Assembly (NCBI GenBank): GCA_903813345.2
Contig: CAIIXF020000001.1
Span: 10,230,001 to 10,294,000 of the forward strand
DNA length: 64,000 nucleotides
Direction: 5' to 3'
DNA from: Owenia fusiformis
Lineage: Eukaryota
Positions 50,401-61,028 of the stretch are shown here, piece after piece (position 1 is the first letter of the stretch; every line of letters starts with the position of its first letter). Below the pieces are notes generated by a model. The model did not search any database and was not told where the DNA came from. It saw nothing but the letters and a program-made list of their open reading frames with translations. Made by a program: the position numbers and the translations under genes.

Positions 50401-53400
50401 AGTGTATTCTACAAAAGCCAAGGTCATTTCAAGGTAAAATGTCAATATTTAGGTAGTTGGCTTTTTAAGACACCTGACCCTCCACAACCAATGATTAGGT
50501 GACCTGAAGACAAGGTCTGAATAGATCAAGGTTATTTTAAGGTCAATATCTAGCAAGTTGACATGAGAACAATTGTGACCTTTGGCGACCAATGATAAGG
50601 TGATTTCAAGGTAATTTCAAGGTCAAAGGTCAATATCTAGGTCATAGGTAGTTGGCTACTGTGGGTCTTCAGTAACATTTGATCACCAAAGATAAAGTGA
50701 CCTACGGTCAATGTCACTGTTTATGGCTCAAGGTCATCTCAAGGTCAGAGGTCAATATCTGAATATTTGGCATTTTGGGGATGCTGCTTCATGTGAGGAC
50801 CCATTGATATGTGTTCTGAGGTCAAGGTCATTCATACAAGGTCAAAATCTCTGTATTTGGCGTTTTGAGGCCCTGGGGGCTGCTATGACCCTTTGCAACT
50901 CATGCTAAGGTGACATGAGGTCAATTTATAATAAGGTCAAAGGTCAATATCTAGGTAGTTGGCTCGTTTGAGGCTATACCGACATTTGATCACCAATGAT
51001 AAAGTGACCTGAGATCAGTGTCATTGTTATAGGTCAGGGTCAAAGATCAATATCTAAATATTTGGCGTTTTGGGGTGGCTTGACTTGACTCCATTGAAAC
51101 GTGACCTAGGGTCAAGGTCAATCTAAGGTCAAATTTCAATATCTTAGTGTTTGGTGTTTTAAGGCCACAGGGGTTGCTGTCGTGATGTGGCCCTTGGCGA
51201 CTCATGATAAGGTGGCATGAGGCAGTCATCATTTAATGGTTCAATTTAAGATTGTCTCAAGGTCAATATCTAGGTATTGGTGTTTCAAGGTACTCGGGGG
51301 ATGCTGTGACGCTTGGTGACACATTACAATGGTGACACATTTCAATTGACATTTCAAAAGTAATAGTCGATCATTTCTGTTTTATCATGTTAATTTTAAT
51401 AAAATTTTCCAATTTGAAGTAAAATTATAACAGAAGAGAGGTTATCCAAATGTGAGGTCATATTACTGACTGCACTCCGTAATCTTCAGTCAAGCTGACG
51501 AAGTTTTTCATGAAAGAGTTACTTTCTGTTGTGGTTCTAAATTGAATAAGTATAAGCAGGTGCGTTTTCAAAAATGCAAATTTAAAGCAAATTTCGCAAA
51601 ATTTCGTTATTGATATGTAGAGATAGTCCATTAGGGTATGGTTATTCTCTTAAAAACAATTATGGTACAAAGGACCTTATACACCCTCCATTGGGATCTC
51701 CCCATGGGAAAAAAATAATTCATCTGATTTTTCAAAATGAGTATTCTGCTTCAATTATTACATTTATATGCACACTAGTATCCTGTTGACCTATATCCAG
51801 CACTGTATTGATGTATAGGCCACTTATTAGGGTCATAATTCAATCATGAAGTGTAGAGGCATAGATTCCAAACCAGGAAGTATTTTTGTGTCTGTCAAAA
51901 TCCATTTACATCCTACACATCCCTGCATCTTATCCAAATATGTTACTACATAATGAAATATAATAGTAAAATCTTTGTATGACATTTGATAAGTGTAAAA
52001 GTTTTTGGAGCATTTTTCTATTTCCATTTTGTAGGGAAAAAATTGATGAAAAATGTACAATCTTTTAATTTTAAGTATGACCTGAATCGATTGCAAACTT
52101 CATATTTGCACATATGATGAGATAAACAATTTGTGTCGTATTGTGAAATTATTAAGTTTGCAATCGATTCAGGTCATAGTGTATTTTTGGTATTTCTGTG
52201 ATAATCAATGGAAACCAATGGCCTCTATTGGGATCTGCTGATATCCTCATGTTAAGTCAATGGTGCACAGCCCCATGTAAGTCAATACAACCTTACTGAA
52301 CGAAATGATCCCTATCTCAGCTTATGTGTGTCCGAGCACTTTAATATTTTCCAAAGTATTATATGACATTTTATTCTTCATGTTACACCTACGAATGATT
52401 CATTTTGACCATAGGGATATTTGCCAATAATCGCACCATGTCCTTTGGTACTTCTGACTATATAATGCTTTTTTATCCAAAAGTCAATTATATTATTCTT
52501 ATTTTGACTATCAAATGATTTTCATATATCCGAATAACCATTATATTAGTTTTTGGCAAAGTAAATAATAGTAGGGATCACACAAGGATCAACTGTATTT
52601 AAGATTAGTCATACTGGTATATGCCCTGCCGCTCTAAGATCAAGAGCAATGAATTGTGATTTTTCAGTTGAAACAGGGAAACAAACACATTATCATTATT
52701 TTGTTTAACATTTAACAAATAATTTTCTGTTAAACGTAGTAATTTTTCAAAACATCACTAAATATGAAAAAGGTGTAAATAAAGTGGATCCTTGTGTGAG
52801 CCCCATTATAATTTACTTTGACAAAAATGAATATAATGGTAAGTGTAATATATAGAAAACATTGAATAGGTAAAATAGGAATATAATTAATAACAACTGT
52901 GACTTTTGCATTAAAATGGCATTTTAAGGTCAGAAATGTATAATTCTTCAATATTATTGTTTTTAATAAAAATGACCACACCCAAATGGACTATCATACA
53001 TATCAATATCAAATCTGCCTCCTATTTCATATACTCACTGCTATTATTTGAAAAAAAAAGATTTTTGTCAAACTCATCTTTTTGCCGGTTGCACCTTGGG
53101 GCAAACCGTTTAGCCCTTTCGTGTCACTTTTTTGAGTGCAGACAAGTAAAAATGAATAGTCAATGAACCAATCTATAATGACTATGGGTCAAATCATAGT
53201 AACCTACCTCAACATCAGTTAATGGGATTTTCTGGAGTTTTGGCGCACACTATACCAATACTTATTCAACAAAAACAATTTTTATTTTTTTTTATTTGTA
53301 CAGGTCAATTTCATATCATGTCAGCTGGTATCGTTGTTGCTGGCTTATGTCTACAGAACATCTTTTGCGGCCGATAAAACCAGCCCCACTATACGCCATG

Positions 53401-56400
53401 CCATCAGCTTCCCAATTGGCCTTGCCATGGCATATTTCTGCTTTGGAAAGTAAGTATTGTAGTATTAGGGTGCTTTATAGCATACAATTTTATGGTGAAC
53501 CAGTTGACTAATTTTCTTATATCTAGCATCCTCCGAACACAGGCCTCGAGAACTCGTACCTCTGAAGAAAGAAGGAATGTAGTGGATGCTGCGTTCGAAG
53601 GATGATATCTAGGTGACCTTGAGTTTATTTGATATTAAGTCAATTGGTCTTGGGACTACAGGCCCGTAGCCAGGATTTGCCAAGGGGGGGTTCATTTTTC
53701 AAAAATTTCCAGGGGGGGTTCACATTTGACAATTTTGGCCCAAATATGGCTAAAATCACTTGAGAAGTGCTCAAAATGGTGAAAAACTGCATGATTTTGA
53801 AAGAATTTTTGGCCAGGGGGGGGGTTCGCCCGAACCCTGCGAACCCCCCCTGGCTACGGGCCTGGACTATGTGAAGTGTTCCACTTTACAGGTTGTACTG
53901 GAGGTGTAATGTTTTAATTAACAATTTAATATATAGATTTACTCCACTTTTTCATAAATATCCAGCATTTGGAACAAAATGTGATGCAATGTGATGCTTT
54001 TAAGTTTCTATTTTTATGTCCTAAATGATAAAAGTAGACAAAATCTAAATGGTAGAAAATGGAGTTATGTTGAGTAAAACCACTATGGAATCTGATATAT
54101 GGTCTTCTTGATACCATATAATGTACCATATACAGGGCTTTCACTAGAATTTTTCACAACAGGCTAAATAAATGAAAACAACATGCAAAATTAATGGAAA
54201 TCATATAAATTTAACATGGAAAAGTTGAAAAATCCCTAAAAACAACAGGCGATTTTATAAAACAACCGGTGAAAATTGCCTGTTGCCTGCTGCTAATGAA
54301 ACCCCTGATGTACCATATAACATATATGCATTATATTTTCAGTCAAACTATTCACCTACTTCTCCAAGCTGGAATATGTGTTGGTGTGATGACTTACATA
54401 AAGAGCAAAGAGATGCCATTCATTGTACTTGTGATAGCCATGTCACACCTGTCCATTATGCACATATACAGGGTTTTATTTGACTATGGAAACTTTACAC
54501 TTGATATTTCTGGGTGAGTTGATCAATCTTTGCTTCTTGTTATGTAGAGAAACATGGTATGGACCTGTTTTACCAGTATATTATGAAACTCTCAGATCCC
54601 TCTCATTTGCCAACAAAATGTCATTCTTAAAAACCGTAGATACTTAATTTACATGAACTTTATATGTAATCCAGAATTTATGAAGACTTACATTATGATT
54701 TTGAATGTTAACCATTATGAATATTATGTTATTATGCACAATCACCAATTTTATTGATACATGGATTTAAAAGTATGATATAATATTTGTAAAGGAAATT
54801 TATGACACAAATTGTCTCTGTTGTTTTCAGTCCACTTATGATTCAAACACAGAAGTTGACTGTTCTTGCATTTGAATTGTATGATGGCAGAAGAGAGGAA
54901 AGTAAACTCAAACCAGAACAGAAAGAAAAACAAGTCAAGTAAGAGAATAAGATATTTATGTCATTTAATGCAATTACATCAGAGTTTAAAGGCCTTTTCA
55001 ATATACAACCATCCCCTTTCTAGTAAGGGCTTTTTAGAGAATATGTGACTAAGAATTAATCCAAAATGAGAAACAAACATGTTGAACATTTAATGAAATG
55101 TATGATCATAATAAGTGCAACAATGAAAGTTCATTGTCTCATGTTTATTTTGTACTCTGTCTGTATAATGAAAAACTATTGATCTTTAATGTCAGATGAT
55201 TAATAACATCTATTCTTGATATGGCTATGTCTTATCACTTTATTGAAAACTAACATCTGCTATTGTTTCATTTTTGTTTACTTTCAATAGACTAGATGCG
55301 AGTAGAAATAATCTTGATTTACATCATTAAAAGTTCAGAATTCAGTCAAAGTGATATCATGTTTGAAATCTACATGTAAAATTACATCTTGAAATATGGT
55401 TTCAAAAACTGTTTATCAAGTTTGAAGATTTAATTTTCCTTTACTGGACATATTTAAATTTATAGAATTATCATATACATAAGGGTACATACATACATAA
55501 AACTGAAGAACTAAAACTGATGAATATTCAAGTTTAAGGGAACTTTTTAATACCCAGCTGTGTTATTTACCCCAAATCAGCCACTAGGTGGTGAAAATGA
55601 TAACTACTCGCATCATGGTAATTGAGTTTAAACATATTTATGCTTTCTTCAAGTTAGTACTTCGGTTGCACTGATCAAATGATCAATTTATTATCCCAGT
55701 GAACAAAGTTGAATAGGGAAGTCCTTTCCATCCATCAGTCTGTCCATCCATCTGGAAAATAGCTGAAATACCACTGAATGGATTTTCTTCAAATTTGGGG
55801 GAAAGATGTACACTAGCAAAGTCTTGGTCAAAAATATTTTCAAGATGGTCACTGCTTTGAAAATGGCTGGAATGTTTGAGAAAATCAAAATTTCTCATTT
55901 CAAACCAACTGTTTGAACTGACTGAAGTAACTGTTGAAATTTTGGACATGTTTCCGTATCTTGTTATTTTCAAAGCGAGCAGTTATGATTATTTTGATAA
56001 AATATGTTTTGTTTGGTGGAATCTGTTACTCTGGGAGTTCCTGTTTTTATACATTGAAGTTTCAGACATTTAGAGTTATTGTCTACTTGCAGGGCACTAC
56101 CCAGTTTATTAGAGGTGTGCGGCTATTTATTTAACTTCCACGGGATACTTGTTGGCCCAATGGTGTTCTTTACAGACTATATGGCATTTATAGATGGCTC
56201 AAACTATACCAATGCTCAGAAATCTCAAATTGTAAGTACAACTGTTAATTACATACGTAGTGGTCCTTTTATAGCACACTTATAAGGGAAACAATCCAAC
56301 AGTCTGCTTCATAATGCAAGCAAATGGTGACATATTGTTGTAGTTTTAAATTTTTGTGGCAGCTAGCATTTGGCATCTGTAACAAATGGCAGGTGGTGAC

Positions 56401-59400
56401 ATCATGCATGTAAATGTCTTGTAATTACTTCACATGTGCCAATATTAGTGATATTACACACTTTCTGGACCACGCTTTGTCCATTGATCGTGCACATACA
56501 TGTATATTGTACATCATATTCATATTGTTAACTGTATATTTTTAGGACTCTGATAGGTCGGAAAGTACCCCCTCTCCAGGCAGCCAGGTCATTAAGAAAC
56601 TAGTCACTGCAATAATCTGTGCTCTCTGCTTCATGTTCATATTACCAATGTTTCCACCTGATAGCTTGATAAGTAAGTAAAAACATTTCTTAACTTTCCA
56701 TTGACTAGACTTTCCACTGAAAAATGACACACATTTATTTATTATTTGCACATAATGGATGAACTCGTTGCCTCTTCTCTTAAAATAGACTTGAAGATTC
56801 ACTGATTTTAAATTGAAACGTCACTCAGGAGTAAAAATCAGAGAACACGTACACAAACAAAAAAATGAAGTGAACTTTCACCCTGCTCCAAACATGATTA
56901 AAAATTAGGTATACATTGTATTTGGTATTACAGCGACATATCGACTTCGTCCCTAAGATTGACTTTGGGTGTCTTGAATATTTCTATATCTAAATATTAT
57001 CTTAGCATATACATTTAACACTTTTAGTCATGTATGTCTTGTTACAGCACCAGAGTTCCAAGCCAAACCTCTACTGAGTAAGCTGTTGTATCTTTATGTG
57101 TGTATGGCTATAGTAAGAACCAGATACTACTTTGCCTGGAGTCTGAGTAAGTTTTTAAACTATTGCATTATTACTGCATCTTAACCTATTCTCTAACAAA
57201 AACATAGGAGATGTTTCCTTTAACTGAGAAACATGCCCTCTGGAGTGAAAGTCTTATTTTAGCTCTGATTTGTTCAAATAATGGTGCAAAGTGTGAAACT
57301 TTAAAAATATAACAAAATTATGTGATTACCATTATTTGAATAGGTGCAACATTACCTCTCATTTAACATTTTTGATGATAATGTATATATGTTAAAATGA
57401 CCTGACATTACCACAGTCATGCTCTTTCAGAATAATTCTCAATATTTAAGATAACTTTAAGTTTGATAACTGAAGATTCCTATGTAGTACTAACCTTAAA
57501 AATAAACAAAGTTTCATATCTTCCTGATACAAATGTTTCTTTCGTCAGTGACTTGATAATGGTGGATTTCCCGCCACAGCAGCTGTCCTTTAGTTAATTT
57601 TTAAGGATTCTTCAGTTGTTATTGTCAGAACTCTCAGATGAACATCTTTGGGATAACTTGATATTTATTTGCTAACTTGCAGCTGAGGCTATTAATACAA
57701 ATGCCGGTCTAGGATTCAATGGTTATGATGAAGCAGGTGATGCAAAGTGGAACCTTGCAACTAATGCCAACATAGCAGGTGTAGAGGTATGTTAAAACTA
57801 TTTATCGACACTACAGTCTGTATATGGCTTTAGCTCTGTCTCGTATACTTATTTCTATGTCACCACCAAAAAGTGGTGACATATTGTTATAGTTTTTTGT
57901 GACGACGGGTGTTAGTTGGTGGTTGGCAGTTGGTGGTTGGCATTGGCATCTGTAACAAATTCTTACAACTTCCAATAACTTAACAAATACTGTTTAGACT
58001 GACTTCAATTTTTTCAAAATCATCTTCATGTTTTCAGAAGTTCAAATCTGACTTTATATTTAAGATTTTTTCAACTTGCTTCAAATTGACCAATTTTTTT
58101 CAAAATCATCTACAAGTTATCAGAAGTTCAAAGGATGTGTCCGGGTATATGCCCTTTTGGTCCCTCAGTCAAATGTATGTTAAATATGTTTTTTATTACT
58201 GGCCTAGTTATATTTGATAAGTATATTTACTTTTTCACGAGTTTTGATGCATAATTAACCCCCTGCTAAGAGTCAGAATAAGAATCTTAACAAAAAAAAT
58301 AGTCATTATCATAGAAAAAAAACATCAATGGCAACATGTATGACTTACAAAGAAGAACTAACTTAAGACCCATGAAGAATTTAAAAGAAAATCATATTTT
58401 TGAAATATATTCAAGGATTACATTTTTTTCAAATTTTTGAATTTCCCGCCAGTTTAATTTGAAGGGGGAAAAACAAGATGGCTGCCATTTGATGTAAGAA
58501 ATATCAGAAAAAAAGTTGCTTCACTTTTAGTTTTCACAATGAGCACAGTTTTCCGGTTTAGGTTTTTTGACTGATTCTGACTCTTCATCACCAGGGTCAT
58601 GTATAGAGATTATAAAATTGAAACCGGAATGTTGTGCTCAGCATGAATTTGACTGAAATATGTGTAACTTCACCAACACAATTGAAGTCTCAAAACTGGA
58701 TGCTCAGTAACTTTGAGTGACTATAATCCCTTGATTACCCAGATAAACACCAATTCATTTATCCAGAAATGCCATTCAATGTCTATACAAAGAAAGTAAG
58801 CAATGTTTTGGAGGATATGTTTCAAACCTTTTGCATAAATAATTCATTTAATATTTGCCATTGATTTTTTTCAATTCTGACAAAGTGATATGCACTGTCT
58901 TTGATGCCAATATTCTTCATTAATTGTGATACAAATTGATATTTTTGTACTCTCAGAAGAAGGATAAGATATTGAAGTTTAATAATATGTGTGATTGAGT
59001 TGGTTTTTCAGACATTACAATTTTCAATATTTTCTAAGTCGATACCCAGACTCATTCCCAGACTCATCCTTTGACTTTAAATTTGAGATTTTGGCAGGTG
59101 GTGACATTTTGCATGTTTATGCCTTGTTCTATCATGACTGTTCATATTGTTTCTCCGTTGTTATTGTTGTGTTTAGCTGGGCACCAGTCTTAAAGTGATT
59201 CTTGACAACTGGAACATCACTACAACCCAGTGGCTGAGATTTGTAGTTTATGAGAGGGTCAAAGTCCAAAAGACGCTCCTAGTCTTTGCCGTCAGTGCAT
59301 TCTGGCATGGCTTCTATCCTGGCTATTACTTCACATTTGGCGGAGGAGCATTCCTTATCATGGCAGCTAGAAAGGTAAGAAAATAAAAATATTAACATAA

Positions 59401-61028
59401 TGTGTACCCATGTAAAGTTAGTAATATAAGTCAAAACATATTCATGAAATAAATAATTCAGATATTAATTTAATTTATTCATAAACATGTATTTTAAGCA
59501 TCTAGGATAAAATGAATTAAAAATTTTATATGATAAATATTACAGTTTTAAATGATATCTTATAGTTAGCTAAATACAAAATTGAATTTACCTATAAATG
59601 TACATTTATTTATTTAGTAATCATACACTTATTATTAATTTGATATTAATTTTAAATATAAAACATCAAAAATACACATGTTGTTAACTATGATATATGA
59701 GAAGTGAGAATATACTGTATTTACCAACATTTGGTGATAGTAGCTTCTATAATTTATTTACTCTACAGGGTGGGCCATTAAATTTGTCACTTTTTAGAAA
59801 TTGCTCCCTATTTATTTCTTTGTTCATTTATTTATAGTAGCCCTAGCATATAATGGACCATTAGAAAGATATGTCAATTAGCCATAAAATGATATACTGT
59901 TTGTACCACATAGTTTAATATTGTTGATTATAGTGTTTTGTACCACAAGGACATTTGATTTCACATACTCAAAATAAATTTAGATCTCCCTTAGAATAAT
60001 AAGTATAATTTGTCCACCATTAGTCATTCATTTACATATTTTTGTTTTTTATCATGTTGATTTTCAAATTGCGTGGATGATATATCCAATAGGATGTAGT
60101 CATCTTTAATGTTGTTTTTACAAGAACAAAATTGGTCATCAAACAGGTGTGTTTTATGCATTTATTCATCACAATCTAATTTGACACCACTCAGCATACC
60201 ATTAGAAGGCTATTATTACCATGTTATACATTGTATATCCTTTTTACCAGAAAGAAATTGTTCTTCAAACAACTGAGAAATCAACAACAACAACTGAGAA
60301 ATCAAATGTAGTATGAATAAAAAATTGTGGCTATAACAAATTTTAACGTCATAGGCCAGAAATCTTATTTGCATAATTCACTCAAGTTTGGTCTGTCTTG
60401 TAGAATTTTAAATTTTAAAAACCAAAATAAACAAAATTCAAAAAAATCAAATTTTGTAGCAAAATAAAACTCTCACCTTCAAATATACATACAAGCAACC
60501 CATTATTCCTCAACAAACCTGCCTTTGTCGTGTCGTGCATTGATTTGATCATAGATTTTTTGCATCCATAAATGTACAAATGTGCCAAATGAAGATATCA
60601 CAATTTTCAATTAGTTCCTTCTAGAATACACTGAACAAATCAAAATCCCATACCCCGGGTCAATACTGCGTGCCAAATTCTCAAACCTTCCCCATAGGGG
60701 GTTTCATGCAAACCTTTGAATGATGCATTAAATTCTTATTGTATGAAACATATAAACCTTTATTAAATTGTCTGACTAGGGATTTATTTATTGGCCCACC
60801 CTTTATGTTCTTTCTTATTGTTTTGGCACAATTGGGATCTCTGCATGATTGTTATGTCATGAATTTCATGTTATAGATACGACGAATTGTCCGGCCACAA
60901 TTTCAGACTTCGGAAAGTCTGAAGGTTGTTTATGACATCATCACACTGACTTTTGCTCAGTTGAGCTTGAGTTATTGTGTATTCTGTTTCCTAACATTAG
61001 AGTTTTGGTCTACCATGAACGTGTACAG
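47345..61028 (+). CDS. MBOAT1/2: MBOAT-family lysophospholipid acyltransferase, MBOAT1/MBOAT2 (oysgedart)-like, paralog B. Exons 47345-47419, 53304-53449, 54343-54513, 54831-54938, 56093-56231, 56546-56672, 57048-57146, 57683-57786, 59177-59374, 60877-61028; terminal exon not identified, probably beyond the window
   Basis: Ten phase-compatible GT-AG exons, 1319 nt open. Motifs: GSRLLHPL...LPLDQVNF, GPLMIQTQK, YDGR, VGP, RYYFAW, NAGLGFNGYD, LDNWNI, SAFWHGFYPGYYFTF. Confidence 0.93.
48213..48626. mobile_element. Near-perfect palindromic MITE of about 415 bp (TTAA-type)
   Basis: TTAA|ggtcagggtgcatg ... catgcaccctgtcc|TTAG; arms pair along the full length to a centre near 48420. Confidence 0.85.
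48960..53277. repeat. Pair of inverted copies (about 800 bp each; roughly 48960-49760 and 52460-53277) in paralog B intron 1
   Basis: gtgacacgaaagggctaaacgg...ccccaaggtgcaaccg has its reverse complement at about 53086-53127; ORFs 49260 (+) and 52730 (-) translate near-identically. Confidence 0.85.
50415..51330. repeat. Degenerate tandem repeat rich in CAAGGTCA/TGACCT
   Basis: Many aaggtca(a) and aggtcaatatct units; degenerate larger period. Confidence 0.8.
53304..53449 (+). CDS. MBOAT1/2: MBOAT paralog B exon 2
   Basis: tttgtacag|VNFISCQLVSLLLAYVYRTSFAADKTSPTIRHAISFPIGLAMAYFCFG|gtaagt; 146 nt. Confidence 0.92.
53659..53864. mobile_element. MITE with TIR CAGGCCCGTAGCCAGG and a 5-bp flanking duplication
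   Basis: GACTA|caggcccgtagccagg ... cctggctacgggcctg|GACTA; decayed relatives near 14650-14823 and 47617-47890. Confidence 0.85.
54133..54307. mobile_element. MITE with TIR CAGGG(C/G)TTTCA(C/T)TAG and a 12-bp flanking direct repeat
   Basis: ATGTACCATATA|cagggctttcactag ... ctaatgaaacccctg|ATGTACCATATA. Confidence 0.7.
54343..54513 (+). CDS. MBOAT1/2: MBOAT paralog B exon 3 (equivalent to exons 3+4 of paralog A)
   Basis: ttttcag|QTIHLLLQAG...HIYRVLFDYGNFTLDISG|gtgagt; 171 nt. Confidence 0.92.
54831..54938 (+). CDS. MBOAT1/2: MBOAT paralog B exon 4
   Basis: ttttcag|PLMIQTQKLTVLAFELYDGRREESKLKPEQKEKQV|gtaaga; 108 nt. Confidence 0.92.
55294..55614 (+). mobile_element. MITE, AGATGCGAGTAG family copy 3 (internally deleted)
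   Basis: agatgcgagtagaaataatcttgattt ... ctactcgcatc; collinear with 3739-4155. Confidence 0.7.
56093..56231 (+). CDS. MBOAT1/2: MBOAT paralog B exon 5
   Basis: cttgcag|ALPSLLEVCGYLFNFHGILVGPMVFFTDYMAFIDGSNYTNAQKSQI|gtaagt; 139 nt. Confidence 0.92.
56546..56672 (+). CDS. MBOAT1/2: MBOAT paralog B exon 6
   Basis: tttttag|DSDRSESTPSPGSQVIKKLVTAIICALCFMFILPMFPPDSLI|gtaagt; 127 nt. Confidence 0.9.
57048..57146 (+). CDS. MBOAT1/2: MBOAT paralog B exon 7
   Basis: gttacag|PEFQAKPLLSKLLYLYVCMAIVRTRYYFAWSL|gtaagt; 99 nt. Confidence 0.92.
57683..57786 (+). CDS. MBOAT1/2: MBOAT paralog B exon 8
   Basis: cttgcag|EAINTNAGLGFNGYDEAGDAKWNLATNANIAGVE|gtatgt; 104 nt. Confidence 0.93.
57856..59128 (-). mobile_element. 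HINE-like dispersed repeat family (aacaaggc...atgcaaaatgtcaccacctgcc ... tggtggtgacata)
   Basis: The same end motifs occur as short copies near 7647-7760, 35960-36070 and 56320-56422; terminal hairpin atgtcaccaccaaaaagtggtgacat. Confidence 0.55.
59177..59374 (+). CDS. MBOAT1/2: MBOAT paralog B exon 9 (active-site Asn and His)
   Basis: gtttag|LGTSLKVILDNWNITTTQWLR...SAFWHGFYPGYYFTF...AARK|gtaaga; 198 nt. Confidence 0.95.
59766..60803. mobile_element. Tc1/mariner-type non-autonomous element
   Basis: TA|cagggtgggcca(t)taaat ... atttattggcccaccctt|TA; no transposase ORF. Confidence 0.65.
60877..61028 (+). CDS. MBOAT1/2: MBOAT paralog B exon 10
   Basis: gttatag|IRRIVRPQFQTSESLKVVYDIITLTFAQLSLSYCVFCFLTLEFWSTMNVY|gtatat; 152 nt. 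Confidence 0.92.

Noticed and set aside
49260-52981. Two similar ORFs on opposite strands (MWSFLLKTI...) as a duplicated gene
   Set aside because: Both lie in the non-coding inverted repeat arms, start at GTG and have no domain.
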